64,000 nt of DNA from positions 626-64,625 of the forward strand of contig JAFTXM010000113.1 in the NCBI GenBank assembly GCA_017465025.1, given 5' to 3'. This document shows positions 40,377 through 50,914 of the stretch, piece by piece. A program made the position numbers and the translations under genes. The notes beneath the pieces are model-generated. The model was given only the letters and a program-made list of their open reading frames with translations, searched no databases and was not told the origin of the DNA. This DNA is from Oscillospiraceae bacterium. Its GTDB lineage: Bacteria; Bacillota; Clostridia; Oscillospirales; Oscillospiraceae. Position 1 is the first letter of the stretch. Each line of letters starts with the position of its first letter.

Positions 40377-43016
40377 ATGAAAAAACACGGTCTTAACGAA
40401 CTGAGAGAGATGTTTCTCAGCTTTTTCGAGAGCAAGGATCATCTGCGTCTGCCAAGCTTTTCCCTCATACCCCAGAACGATGCAAGTCTTCTGCTCATAA
40501 ACTCCGGCATAGCCCCCATGAAGCCCTACTTCAAGGGCGAGCAGGAGCCTCCCCGCCGCCGCGTCTGCACCTGCCAGAAGTGCATCCGTACCGGCGATAT
40601 TGAGAATATCGGCAAAACCGCCCGCCACGGCACCTATTTTGAGATGCTGGGCAACTTCTCCTTCGGTGATTACTTCAAAAAGGAAGCCATTGCATGGTGC
40701 TGGGAGTTTCTCACCTCTCCTCAGTGGGTGGGCATTGACCCTGACCGCCTCTATCCCTCCATCTATCAGGATGATGACGAGGCCTTTGAGATTTGGAACA
40801 AGGACATCGGCATCCCCGCCGAGCGCATTTTCCGTTTCGGCAAGGCCGATAACTTCTGGGAACACGGAGCAGGTCCCTGCGGCCCATGCTCTGAGGTCTA
40901 CTTTGACCGTGGCGAGGAATTCGGCTGCGGCAAGCCTGACTGCACTGTGGGCTGCGACTGCGACCGTTACATGGAAGTCTGGAACAATGTTTTCTCCCAG
41001 TTTGACAATGACGGCAACAATAACTATACCGAGCTCAGCCAGAAGAACATCGACACCGGTATGGGCCTTGAGCGTCTTGCAGTTGTCTGTCAGGGTGTAA
41101 ACTCCCTTTTTGATGTTGATACCGTCATGAACATCACCAACCGCGTCAGCGAGCTGACCGGCGCCTACTACGGCAAGAGCACCAATATGGACGTGTCCCT
41201 GCGCGTCATTACCGACCATATCCGCTCTGCCACCTTCATGATCTGTGACGGCGTTCTCCCCTCCAACGAGGGCAGGGGCTATGTCCTCCGCCGCCTTCTG
41301 CGCCGTGCTGCCCGTCACGGTAAGCTTCTTGGCGTAAACGAGCCCTTCCTCTACAAGGTCATTGACACCGTTGTCAAGGAAAATGAGGGGCAGTACCCTG
41401 AAGTTCGCGAAAAGCAGGGCTATATCACCAAGGTCGTCAAGACCGAGGAAGAAAACTTTGCCAAGACCATTGATGCCGGTATGCGCATCTTTGCCGAGCG
41501 CCTTGAGGAGCATAAGGCCAAGGGCGAGACTGTTTTCTCCGGCGCTGATGCTTTCAAGCTCTATGATACCTACGGCTTCCCCATTGACCTGACCATCGAA
41601 ATGTGCGCCGATGAGGACATGAGCGTGGATCAGGACGGCTTCAAGGCTCTCATGGAAGAGCAGCGCGTCCGCGCCCGCAAAGCCCGCGAGGCTCTGGGCG
41701 ATCTGGGCTGGGCCGGTCTAGAGTTCGGCAAGGAAATTCCCGACACCGCTTTTGTGGGCTATGACGCTGACGAGTGCCAGTCCAAGGTTCTGGCAATTGT
41801 GGTTGACGGTGAGATGAGAGCTGCCGCACTCCAGGGCGAGGATGCCATCATTGTTCTCGACCAGACCGTCATGTACGCCGAAATGGGCGGACAGGTTGCA
41901 GACCACGGCATGATCTGTGCTGATGACACCTGCTTTGAGGTCAACAATGTCCTTAAGAACAAGGGCGGCAAGTTCATGCACTACGGCAAGATCACCGCAG
42001 GTGAGATAAGCCTTGGCGATACTGTCAAAGTCAGCATTGATACCACCCGCCGCGCCGCCATCCGCCGCGCCCACAGCGCCACCCATCTGCTGCACCACGC
42101 TCTGCGCGAGGTGCTGGGTGAGCACGTTAATCAGGCTGGTTCCCTCGTTGAGCCTGACTTCCTCCGCTTTGACTTCACTCATTTCTCCGCCGTTGAGCCT
42201 GAACAGCTCAAGCGCGTTGAGGAGCTTGTGAATACCGCCATTCTCGCAGGCAATACCGTGGATGTGCGTGAAATGAGCATGGACGATGCCAAGAAGGCCG
42301 GCGCTACCGCACTTTTTGGCGAAAAGTACGGTGATGTTGTCCGCGTGGTGCGCATGGGCGACAGCATGGAGCTTTGCGGCGGCACCCACCTTGACAATAC
42401 CGCAAAGGCCGGTACTTTCCATATCATCTCCGAAGGCTCTGTTGCTTCCGGCGTGCGCCGTATCGAGGCCAGCACCGGCCTTAATACCATCTCCGCTCTC
42501 CGGGATAATGAGCGTATTCTCAACACTCTCTCCGCTATGTTCAAGTCCAGCCCTGCTGAGCTTTATAACCGCGTTGAGCAGCTCAGTGCCGAGCTTAAAG
42601 AGGCAAAGCGCGTGATCGATCAGTTCAAGGCCAAGGAGTCTGCCAGTGGTGCTGACAATATTATCAAAAACGCAAAGGACATCAAGGGGCTGCACGTAGC
42701 TACCGCCAAGATGGATTGCTGCGATGCCAACGCCCTCAGACAGCTGGGCGACCTTATCCGTGACAAGGACAGCTCCTGTGTTGCGGTTATCTCCACCGTC
42801 AACAACGGCAAGATAAGCTTCCAGTGCGTGTGCAGCAAGGAAGCCATTGCAAAGGGCATAAAGGCCGGCGATGTTATCAGGAATATCACCGCCATCGTTG
42901 GCGGCAAGGGCGGCGGCAAGCCCGACTCCGCAATGGGCGGCGGCAGCGATGTGAGCAAGCTGGACGAGGCTCTCAAGGCTGTTGAGAGCTATGTAAACGA
43001 AAAGGTAAAGGAGTAA
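40377..43016 (+). CDS. alaS: alanine--tRNA ligase
   Basis: 879 aa. Class II motifs (FEMLGNFSFGDYFK), editing-domain HxxxH/CxxxH, C-terminal DHHA1 (GGKGGGKPD). Confidence 0.97.
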   Translation: MKKHGLNELREMFLSFFESKDHLRLPSFSLIPQNDASLLLINSGIAPMKPYFKGEQEPPRRRVCTCQKCIRTGDIENIGKTARHGTYFEMLGNFSFGDYFKKEAIAWCWEFLTSPQWVGIDPDRLYPSIYQDDDEAFEIWNKDIGIPAERIFRFGKADNFWEHGAGPCGPCSEVYFDRGEEFGCGKPDCTVGCDCDRYMEVWNNVFSQFDNDGNNNYTELSQKNIDTGMGLERLAVVCQGVNSLFDVDTVMNITNRVSELTGAYYGKSTNMDVSLRVITDHIRSATFMICDGVLPSNEGRGYVLRRLLRRAARHGKLLGVNEPFLYKVIDTVVKENEGQYPEVREKQGYITKVVKTEEENFAKTIDAGMRIFAERLEEHKAKGETVFSGADAFKLYDTYGFPIDLTIEMCADEDMSVDQDGFKALMEEQRVRARKAREALGDLGWAGLEFGKEIPDTAFVGYDADECQSKVLAIVVDGEMRAAALQGEDAIIVLDQTVMYAEMGGQVADHGMICADDTCFEVNNVLKNKGGKFMHYGKITAGEISLGDTVKVSIDTTRRAAIRRAHSATHLLHHALREVLGEHVNQAGSLVEPDFLRFDFTHFSAVEPEQLKRVEELVNTAILAGNTVDVREMSMDDAKKAGATALFGEKYGDVVRVVRMGDSMELCGGTHLDNTAKAGTFHIISEGSVASGVRRIEASTGLNTISALRDNERILNTLSAMFKSSPAELYNRVEQLSAELKEAKRVIDQFKAKESASGADNIIKNAKDIKGLHVATAKMDCCDANALRQLGDLIRDKDSSCVAVISTVNNGKISFQCVCSKEAIAKGIKAGDVIRNITAIVGGKGGGKPDSAMGGGSDVSKLDEALKAVESYVNEKVKE

Positions 43017-43017
43017 T

Positions 43018-43368
43018 ATGATGAAAGACGCAAACTGCATTTTCTGCAAGATAATCGACGGCGCTATCCCCAGCACAAAGGTGTACGAGGATGACTATGT
43101 CTTCGCCATGCGTGACATCAATCCTCAGGCGCCTGTTCATATCCTCGTGCTCCCCAAGGAGCATATCTGCTGCGCTGACGCTATAGACGAAAGCAACAGC
43201 GTTTACGTTGCCAGGATTTTTGAAGCCATCGCAAAGATAGCCAAGGCCGAGGGCCTTGACAATGGCTACAGAGTCATCAACAACTGCGGGGAAGATGGCG
43301 GACAGACCGTTATGCATCTGCACTATCACATCCTCGGCGGCATCAAGCTCTCCGAGAAGATAATCTGA
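43018..43368 (+). CDS. HIT family (histidine triad) protein
   Basis: CIFCKI... and the HLHYHILGG triad. Confidence 0.9.
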   Translation: MMKDANCIFCKIIDGAIPSTKVYEDDYVFAMRDINPQAPVHILVLPKEHICCADAIDESNSVYVARIFEAIAKIAKAEGLDNGYRVINNCGEDGGQTVMHLHYHILGGIKLSEKII

Positions 43369-43441
43369 TATGAAATAAGACCGCGCGGGTCACTGGCAAT
43401 GCCATCGGCTCACGCGGTCAATTTAATTGAGTAGGAAAAGT

Positions 43442-45715
43442 ATGAGAAAGCTTGCCTGCGGTGCATTGAGTGTTTCAGCCGCAATCTTTGCTGCAAATTA
43501 CATATTGCCCCGCGGCTGGCTTCCGGCTTTAGCGGCAGCGCTTGCCATTTTGGGGCTTGGTCTGGTATTATTGAAGCGCAAGTGGCTTTTAGGCTTTGAG
43601 ATAGCATTCATATCTGCCGCTTTGGGGCTGTCGCTTTTCTATGCGCACAGCGCGTTTACCGCTGTCCCCGCAGAAAATCTTGCCGGGGCAGAGCTTGAAA
43701 TAAGCGCCGTAGTCACAGACTACCCAAGGGTATATGATGACTATTGCAGCGTGTATATCCGCCTGACAGGGGAGAATACCCCAAGGCTGAAAGCCCTGCT
43801 CTATGATAATGATAGGGCGCTTGCTCTGGCTGAGCCCGGTCAGCATATCCGCCTCAGGGCCTCTCTGCGTCCGGCAGACACCCGCTACGGCGAGGACTAT
43901 GATTACTATTATTCCAAGGGAATATATATCATTGCAAATTCAAGGTCAGAAATTGAACTTGAAGGGAAGGACAGTGCGCTTTTAACTCTGCCGGTACGTA
44001 TAAGGCAAAGCGCGGCATCTATGGTGGACAGGCTTTTTCCGGCAGACACGGCATCCTTCATGCGCTCTGTAATGCTGGGCGATAAAAGCGGCCTGTATGA
44101 CGATGCGCCGCTTTATACGGCCCTGAGCCGTGCTGGACTTATGCACATTGCGGCAGTATCCGGTATGCATATGTCCTTTATTGCGGCCTTCGTTCAGGCT
44201 CTTTTCGGCCGGGGCAGGAGAGGCAGCCTTGTGTGTATTCCTCTGCTGTGGCTTTTTGCCCTGATAAGCGGTGCTTCTCCCTCATCTGTGAGAGCGGCTT
44301 TCATGCTGACAGTGCTGCTGATGGCTCCCATACTACAGCGGGAAAATGATGCACCCACTTCACTTTCTGCGGTTTTGGCGCTTGTTTTGCTGGTTAACCC
44401 ATACGCCGCAGGCAGTGTCAGCCTACAGCTATCTTTTGCGGCCATTGCGGGTCTTTTATGCTTTTCCGGGTGGATAGAAAGAAATCTTCTCCAACTTATC
44501 AAAAACCGGAATTTAAAGAATGTTCTGCGGAGCCCGGTGAGAGTGATTTCTGCCTCCCTTGCCGTTATGCCCTTTACTGTGCCTCTGCTTGCCATACACT
44601 TTGGCTATATCTCTTTGCTTTCTCCCCTGAGCAATGTGTTTGCGCTCTGGGCAGTATCCTTTGTTTTCTGCGGCGGCTTTGTGTGCTGTGCGCTTGGGGC
44701 ACTGCTTCCGTTGCTTGGCGTATGTGGTGCGTGGCTTGTGTCGTGGGCGGCCCGCTGGGTATTTCTTGTTGCAGAATGTGTGTCCGGTATAAGCTTTGCA
44801 GCAGTGTATCTTGACAGCCCCTTTATGTGGGCGTGGTTTTTCCTGAGTATTGCAGCTTTCGCAGCGGCCTTGCTTATCAGGGGAAGGCCTCTTTTGAAGC
44901 TTTTTTACCCAATAATTCTTTGCGCCCTGCTGCTTGCTGAGGCAAATACCCTTGCCCGCTGGTACTATAGTTCCGGCAGCGGCACAATGGCGGTGCTTGA
45001 TGTGGGACAGGGGCAGAGCCTCGCTTTCATCGGCAACGATGCTGCGGCAGTGGTGGATTGCGGCGCCAACGGAACTATGGACGATGCGGGTACGGTTACA
45101 GGGGCTTACCTTTTGAGCCGCGGCGTAAACTCACTTGATGCTCTGGTGCTTAGCCATCTGCACAGTGACCACGTAAACGGCGTTTTGACTCTAATGGAGC
45201 TTGTGGATGTGAAGGATATCTATATTCCTTACCAGCCGCAGGATGATGAGGGCTATTTGCCGCGTATTCAGCAAAGCGCTGAAAGACACGGCAGTACGGT
45301 TCATTTTATAGACTCAGATACGACCCTTGAGCTTGACAATCTTCGCATGACTCTCTATGAACCGGCAGCAAAAGGGGATGCCAACGAAAGATGTGTCATG
45401 GGCAAGGTATCACTGGATGACTACTGTATGCTCTTTACGGCTGATGCGGATATAAGCGCCGAAAACGAGCTTGTGTCGGAACATGATATGGGTGATGTTG
45501 ACGTGCTCATAGCAGGCCACCACGGCTCAAGGTATTCTCTGGGCAAGGCGCTTCTGGAAGCTCTTGACGCGGACACCGCAATTATCAGCGTGGGCTATAA
45601 TAACTACGGACACCCTACCCATGAAGTCCTCGAAAGGCTTTCGGCCTATGGCTACCATATATACAGAACTGACCTGAACGGCACTGTGGAGATACGCCCA
45701 CAGAGACAGGATTGA
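43442..45715 (+). CDS. comEC: DNA internalization competence protein ComEC/Rec2
   Basis: Polytopic competence domain (GLMHIAAVSGMHM) plus a C-terminal metallo-beta-lactamase (LSHLHSDH...GHHGS). The ORF opens at 43427 (TTG). Confidence 0.9.
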   Translation: MRKLACGALSVSAAIFAANYILPRGWLPALAAALAILGLGLVLLKRKWLLGFEIAFISAALGLSLFYAHSAFTAVPAENLAGAELEISAVVTDYPRVYDDYCSVYIRLTGENTPRLKALLYDNDRALALAEPGQHIRLRASLRPADTRYGEDYDYYYSKGIYIIANSRSEIELEGKDSALLTLPVRIRQSAASMVDRLFPADTASFMRSVMLGDKSGLYDDAPLYTALSRAGLMHIAAVSGMHMSFIAAFVQALFGRGRRGSLVCIPLLWLFALISGASPSSVRAAFMLTVLLMAPILQRENDAPTSLSAVLALVLLVNPYAAGSVSLQLSFAAIAGLLCFSGWIERNLLQLIKNRNLKNVLRSPVRVISASLAVMPFTVPLLAIHFGYISLLSPLSNVFALWAVSFVFCGGFVCCALGALLPLLGVCGAWLVSWAARWVFLVAECVSGISFAAVYLDSPFMWAWFFLSIAAFAAALLIRGRPLLKLFYPIILCALLLAEANTLARWYYSSGSGTMAVLDVGQGQSLAFIGNDAAAVVDCGANGTMDDAGTVTGAYLLSRGVNSLDALVLSHLHSDHVNGVLTLMELVDVKDIYIPYQPQDDEGYLPRIQQSAERHGSTVHFIDSDTTLELDNLRMTLYEPAAKGDANERCVMGKVSLDDYCMLFTADADISAENELVSEHDMGDVDVLIAGHHGSRYSLGKALLEALDADTAIISVGYNNYGHPTHEVLERLSAYGYHIYRTDLNGTVEIRPQRQD

Positions 45716-45717
45716 CT

Positions 45718-46758
45718 ATGGCAAAAAGAAACTCAAAGGACGAGAAAAAACTTAATTACGTTGAAGAGGTAAAAAAGCTCAACGAGCAGGGTCCGCAGAG
45801 CCTTTATCTCATGTACGGCCCGGAGGATTATCTCAGGGAGCAGTTTTTAACTCAGCTTAAAAAACTTTGCCTTGCTGACGGGGATGACAGCTTCAGCTAT
45901 CGCCGTATAAACGGGCCGGAGCTTGACCCGGTTGAGTTGGCACAGGCCATTGATTCTGTGCCGTTCATGTCCCCGCGCACTTTTATAGAGCTTCGGGATG
46001 TGGACATAAACAAACTCAAGGAGCCGGAGGAGCATATAAAGCTTCTTTCCGATATCCCCGACTACTGCACGGTCATCTTTGTGCTGCCCGGAAGCTATGA
46101 ACCGGATAAGCGCATCAAGCTTGTGAAAACTATCCGTGAGCACGGCTACACAATGAACTTTGTTCAGCAGTCTCAGGGGCAGCTGTACGGCTGGGTGGGC
46201 AGACGCTTTGCCGCAGCGGGAAAGAGCGTGGATTTTGACGCGGTGCAGAGGCTCATCTTCGTAAGCGGCGACCTTATGAACCGCCTTATCCCGGAGATAG
46301 AGAAGATTGCCGCCTATGCCAAAGGCGAGCGGGTCACAGTTGCAGATGTGGATGCGGTAGCACACCATATCCCGGATGCGGATATTTTCAGCATTACAGA
46401 CTTTATTGCTAAAAAAGAGTATAATAATGCCGTTGAGATACTTTCCGAGCTGCTTGCAGACAAGAGCAATGAGCCTATTTTCATCCTTGCCATTCTCGGC
46501 AGGCAGATGCGCCAGCTGTATGCCGCAAGACTTGCCTATGAGCAGGATATGGACATATCCAAGCTCATGAGCGTCTGCAAGCTGAAGTATGAGTATCACG
46601 CGAAAAAGCTCATTGCTTCCGCCAAAGGCTTTGAGCTTGAGCAGCTGAAAACCGCCCTCAGACTCTGCGCCGAGGCGGACTATAAAATGAAAAGCAGCTC
46701 CGTGGATGACAGAGAGCTGCTCAAGGAGCTTGTTATCAGGATAGCGGCGGGAACGTAA
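45718..46758 (+). CDS. holA: DNA polymerase III delta subunit
   Basis: Length and motifs are typical of HolA (YLMYGPEDYL). Follows comEC, as in many Firmicutes. Confidence 0.85.
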   Translation: MAKRNSKDEKKLNYVEEVKKLNEQGPQSLYLMYGPEDYLREQFLTQLKKLCLADGDDSFSYRRINGPELDPVELAQAIDSVPFMSPRTFIELRDVDINKLKEPEEHIKLLSDIPDYCTVIFVLPGSYEPDKRIKLVKTIREHGYTMNFVQQSQGQLYGWVGRRFAAAGKSVDFDAVQRLIFVSGDLMNRLIPEIEKIAAYAKGERVTVADVDAVAHHIPDADIFSITDFIAKKEYNNAVEILSELLADKSNEPIFILAILGRQMRQLYAARLAYEQDMDISKLMSVCKLKYEYHAKKLIASAKGFELEQLKTALRLCAEADYKMKSSSVDDRELLKELVIRIAAGT

Positions 46759-47340
46759 ATGGAAAAAATAAAGGAAGTTATAGTTGTTGAGGGACGCTAT
46801 GATAAAAATACCCTCAGTCAGGTGGTTGACGCGCACATAATTGAAACTTCCGGCTTTGGCATCTTCAACGACAAGGAAAAGCAGCGCCTTCTTATAAAGC
46901 TTGCCCAGAGCCGCGGGCTTGTGGTTCTGACGGACTCTGACGGCGCGGGCTTTGTTATCCGCAATTTTATAAAAGGCTGCGTTGACCCCAAATTTGTAAA
47001 GCATGCCTATATCCCGGAGATAGAAGGCAAGGAAAAGCGCAAGAGCAAAGCCTCGAAGGAGGGGCAGCTGGGCGTTGAGGGAATGCGCCCGCAGGTGTTG
47101 CTGGATGCTCTTAAAAGAGCCGGCGCAACCTTTGAAAGCATAGAGAGTACAGATACAAGGCCCCTTATCAGCAAGGCGGATATGTACAAAATGGGGCTTT
47201 CCGGCGGCGAGGGCAGCCGTGCAAAGCGAGAAAAGCTTCTGCGCTCTCTGGACTTGCCGCAAAAGCTCAGTGCTGACGCTCTTCTGGATGTGCTGAACGC
47301 TCTTATGACAAGGGAGGAGTTTTTCGCCCTTCAGCTTTGA
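46759..47340 (+). CDS. Toprim domain protein (RNase M5-like / DUF4093-type)
   Basis: VVEGRYDK...VLTDSDGAG Toprim acidic motifs. Confidence 0.7.
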   Translation: MEKIKEVIVVEGRYDKNTLSQVVDAHIIETSGFGIFNDKEKQRLLIKLAQSRGLVVLTDSDGAGFVIRNFIKGCVDPKFVKHAYIPEIEGKEKRKSKASKEGQLGVEGMRPQVLLDALKRAGATFESIESTDTRPLISKADMYKMGLSGGEGSRAKREKLLRSLDLPQKLSADALLDVLNALMTREEFFALQL

Positions 47341-47588
47341 GCGTCTTCGATGAATACAGAGCCTAAAACCGCAATAAGCAGCAGGGCCTGACAGGTCTCG
47401 TTCAGGGCGCTTGCCGTCATAAAGAGTCTGTAGCCCTCCATCATGCTGCCGTTCCATTCAAGCAGCAGAACAAAGCAGCAAAGAAGCAGAAAGACACAAA
47501 GCTGTATGGTTCTTAAAAATATGTACCAGGCCTCCGGACACATACTGAGCATCCGCTGAAAAACTTGCATAAGCTTCATAAAAAACAC
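47331..47588 (-). CDS. hypothetical small membrane protein
   Basis: 85-aa ORF with two hydrophobic segments. No homology recognised, and weak coding evidence. Confidence 0.3.
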   Translation of the reverse strand: MFFMKLMQVFQRMLSMCPEAWYIFLRTIQLCVFLLLCCFVLLLEWNGSMMEGYRLFMTASALNETCQALLLIAVLGSVFIEDAQS

Positions 47589-47777
47589 CTCCGCTATATT
47601 CTATCGGCGGAGGCGACTTGTTTCAATGCAAAATATCTGGCGCATATGGCATAATATAGCTGTGCGCTAAATGAACAAGAGTTGATAAACTGTTCATAGA
47701 ATATTATTGAAAAAGCGGTGAAAGAGTTTTAGAATAAGCTGGATAAATTAAGTCCGCCGGCTTTGCAGCCGGCGGAC

Positions 47778-47854
47778 TGGCACCCCTGGCGTGACTCGAA
47801 CACACTACATTCCGCTTAGGAGGCGGACCCTCTATCCTGGTGAGGTACAGGGGC
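47778..47854 (-). tRNA. tRNA-Arg (anticodon CCT)
   Basis: Reverse complement is GCCCCTGTACCTCACCAGGATAGAGGGTCCGCCTCCTAAGCGGAATG..GGTTCGAGTCACGCCAGGGGTGCCA. Anticodon loop is CTCCTAA. Confidence 0.85.
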
Positions 47855-47925
47855 ATTTCTTATTTCAGCCCGTCTATTCTAACGCGAAAACAGATTAATG
47901 TCAACCGATTTTAGGAGAGCGGAAG

Positions 47926-50844
47926 ATGCTTAAATTAAAGGACATCAAAAAAGACTATATTGCCGGCGATACTCTTGTTCATGCGCTCAAGGGCGTAAGT
48001 CTGGAGTTTCGCAAAAACGAGTTTGTGGCTATTCTCGGCCATTCCGGCTGCGGCAAGACCACCCTTTTGAACATAATCGGCGGGCTGGACCAGTATACCT
48101 CCGGTGACCTTGTGATAAACGGACGCTCCACCAAAAACTTTAAGGACGGGGATTGGGACGTATACAGAAACCATTCCATCGGCTTTGTTTTCCAGTCCTA
48201 TAACCTCATCCCGCACCAGACGGTGCTCTCCAACGTTGAATTGGCGCTGACCCTCTCCGGTGTATCCCGGTCAGAGCGCAGGAGAAGGGCGAAGGAAGCG
48301 CTGGAAAAGGTTGGACTTGGTGACCAGCTCAATAAAAAGCCCAACCAGATGTCCGGCGGTCAGATGCAGCGCGTGGCCATCGCCCGCGCCCTTGTGAATG
48401 ACCCTTATATTCTCCTTGCTGATGAGCCTACCGGCGCACTGGATACGGAAACCTCCGTTCAGATAATGAATATCCTCCGTGAGATAGCCCATGATAAGCT
48501 CATTATCATGGTCACTCATAACCCGGAGCTTGCCACGGACTATGCCAGCCGCATAATCCGCCTGAAGGACGGTCTCATAACCGATGACAGTATGCCCTAC
48601 GATTCGGGCATTGAGGAGCAGAAAAAATTCAAGCGCGAAAAAAAGCCCTCCATGAGCTTCTTTACCGCCTTGTCTCTTTCCACCAATAACCTTCTTACCA
48701 AGAAGGCCAGAACTTTGCTTACATCCTTTGCAGGCAGCATAGGCATCATCGGTATCGCCCTTATCATGTCCCTTGCCAACGGCATACAGGCCTATATTGA
48801 CAAGGTGCAGGAAAATACCCTTGCCAGTTACCCCATAACCATCGAGGCCGAAAGCTATGATATGTCCAGCATGATGAGCTCCATGATGGGTGTGCAGGCG
48901 GCGGCAGAGGAAAACCAGCATGACAAGGACGCGGTGTATTCCAGCACCATCCTCTACGACATGATGAACTCCATGCTCTCAGCCGATAAGCAGGTCAACA
49001 ACCTCAAGGATTTCAAGGCTTTTCTTGAGGACGACAGTAACGAGATCAAGCAGCATATCAGCTCCATGCAGTATTCCTATGACCTTGATATGAATATCTA
49101 CGCTCAGGATGTGGATGACAATATTGTCAAGACCAACATAACCGAGCTTATGCAAAACGCCATGAGCCTCACATTTGGCGGAGATTACAGCACCTATTTT
49201 TCCACTTTCGGCCAGATGTACTCGATGGCGGATGCATGGCAGGAAATGCTGCCTGATGAAAACGGAGAGCTTATAAATCCTCTTTTGAAGGAACAGTACG
49301 ATGTTATCCACGGACGCTGGCCGGAGAAGTACGATGAGGTAGTTCTGGTGGTGGATAAGAACAACGAGGTGTCCGACCTTGTGCTCTACGCTCTCGGTCT
49401 TAAGTCCAACAGCACCCTTGCCGACGATATGCAGGCCTTCATGGATCAGGAAAATCTGCGTACTGAGGTGGAAAGCTGGACATACGAGGATATTTGCAGC
49501 AGAACCTTCAAGTACATTTTTCCTGCTGATGAATACAGCTATGATTTGGAAAATGGCGAATTTGTCCATATAAGCGAGGATGATCTGGGCCTTAAGACCC
49601 TTTTCAAGGACGGTCTTGACATCCGCATTGTGGGCATTATCCGCCAGAACGAGGATGCCCTCTCCGGTATGATGACAGGCTCTGTGGGTTATACCCATGC
49701 CCTTGTGGAGTACGTTGTCTCCCACGCGGCTGAAAAGGACCTTGTAAAGCGTCAGCTGGCTTATCCGAAAACGGACGTGTTCAACGGTCTGCCCTTTATC
49801 GACACCGAGGACGATGCATTCTCCGACAAAAAGAAGACTGAGGCGGCTAAGGAGTACTGCGCCAAAGCCACTGAGGAGGAGCTTGCAGAGCTTTATATCG
49901 AGTATATGTGCGTACCCGAGGACGACTATGTGCAGGAGCTTATCGATGAGGAGCTTGAAGGCACTACACGGGCGGACATAGAGGAGATGATCCTCGACTA
50001 CTATCCCGAATATTCCTCTATGCTTGAGGATATGGACGATGATACTCTCTTCGAGTACATGGAGAAGATGATAGCCGATCAGGTCAAGGACGCCTATGCC
50101 GTGGAGATGGAAAAGCTCTACAGCAATCTCAGCGACAAGAAGCTTGCCAGCGAGTTTGAGCTTTTGTACCTTGAGGACGAGGACTATCTCTGGCTCTATG
50201 AGCACGCCATGCCCCCTGTGTATTCAGAGAGCAGCTACAAGGATAATCTCCAGAAGCTGGGCTATGTGGATCTGGAAAGCCCCAGCGCAATAAATATCTA
50301 CGCCTCCACCTTTGAGGATAAGGATGCCATAGCCGAAGCAATTTCCGCCTACAACGACTCCGTATCCGAGGAGGACGAGATAAGCTATACTGACTATGTG
50401 GCCATACTCATGAGCTCCATAACCTCAATCATCAACGCCATAAGCTATGTGCTGATTGCATTTGTTGCAATATCTCTTGTGGTTTCCTCCATCATGATAG
50501 GCATTATCACCTATATAAGCGTGCTTGAGCGCACCAAGGAGATAGGTATACTCCGTGCAATCGGCGCATCCAAGAAGGACGTGTCCCGTGTCTTCAATGC
50601 CGAAACTTTTATTATCGGTCTTGGAGCGGGTCTTATAGGTATAGGTGTGACCCTCGCCCTGAATGTGCCGATAAATATCGTTATCCACGACCTGACGGGT
50701 ATAATGACACTCAATGCCGAGCTGCCCACTGCAGGGGCGGCAGCGCTTGTTTTCATCAGCGTGACCCTCACCTATATTGCAGGGCTTATCCCCTCCGGTC
50801 TTGCAGCCAAGAAAGACCCGGTGGAAGCACTCAGAACCGAATAA
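47926..50844 (+). CDS. ABC transporter, fused ATPase + MacB/FtsX-type permease with a very large extracytoplasmic domain
   Basis: Walker A GHSGCGKTT, signature MSGGQMQR, Walker B LLADEPT. One TM near aa 260. An acidic loop of about 570 aa. A C-terminal FtsX three-helix bundle. Confidence 0.88.
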   Translation: MLKLKDIKKDYIAGDTLVHALKGVSLEFRKNEFVAILGHSGCGKTTLLNIIGGLDQYTSGDLVINGRSTKNFKDGDWDVYRNHSIGFVFQSYNLIPHQTVLSNVELALTLSGVSRSERRRRAKEALEKVGLGDQLNKKPNQMSGGQMQRVAIARALVNDPYILLADEPTGALDTETSVQIMNILREIAHDKLIIMVTHNPELATDYASRIIRLKDGLITDDSMPYDSGIEEQKKFKREKKPSMSFFTALSLSTNNLLTKKARTLLTSFAGSIGIIGIALIMSLANGIQAYIDKVQENTLASYPITIEAESYDMSSMMSSMMGVQAAAEENQHDKDAVYSSTILYDMMNSMLSADKQVNNLKDFKAFLEDDSNEIKQHISSMQYSYDLDMNIYAQDVDDNIVKTNITELMQNAMSLTFGGDYSTYFSTFGQMYSMADAWQEMLPDENGELINPLLKEQYDVIHGRWPEKYDEVVLVVDKNNEVSDLVLYALGLKSNSTLADDMQAFMDQENLRTEVESWTYEDICSRTFKYIFPADEYSYDLENGEFVHISEDDLGLKTLFKDGLDIRIVGIIRQNEDALSGMMTGSVGYTHALVEYVVSHAAEKDLVKRQLAYPKTDVFNGLPFIDTEDDAFSDKKKTEAAKEYCAKATEEELAELYIEYMCVPEDDYVQELIDEELEGTTRADIEEMILDYYPEYSSMLEDMDDDTLFEYMEKMIADQVKDAYAVEMEKLYSNLSDKKLASEFELLYLEDEDYLWLYEHAMPPVYSESSYKDNLQKLGYVDLESPSAINIYASTFEDKDAIAEAISAYNDSVSEEDEISYTDYVAILMSSITSIINAISYVLIAFVAISLVVSSIMIGIITYISVLERTKEIGILRAIGASKKDVSRVFNAETFIIGLGAGLIGIGVTLALNVPINIVIHDLTGIMTLNAELPTAGAAALVFISVTLTYIAGLIPSGLAAKKDPVEALRTE

Positions 50845-50914
50845 ATTTCCCAAAGCCACTCTCTGCGAAAGCAGAGGGTGGCTTGTTTACAAAATACTGT
50901 TGAAAATACGTTAT

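Noticed and set aside
37556-50205. Other long antisense ORFs: 37556-38830 (-), 40221-41513 (-), 41718-43076 (-), 45847-47457 (-), 48979-50205 (-). Also 8068-8889 (+) opposite feoB.
   Set aside because: Each lies opposite a confidently identified gene (mltG, alaS, holA/toprim, the ABC transporter, feoB). None has a recognisable motif.
50777-50914. An upstream extension of the metallophosphoesterase ORF that overlaps the ABC transporter's 3' end.
   Set aside because: The extension overlaps a confident gene in another frame. Phosphoesterase homology begins after the ATG at 50915 (or the one at 50957).
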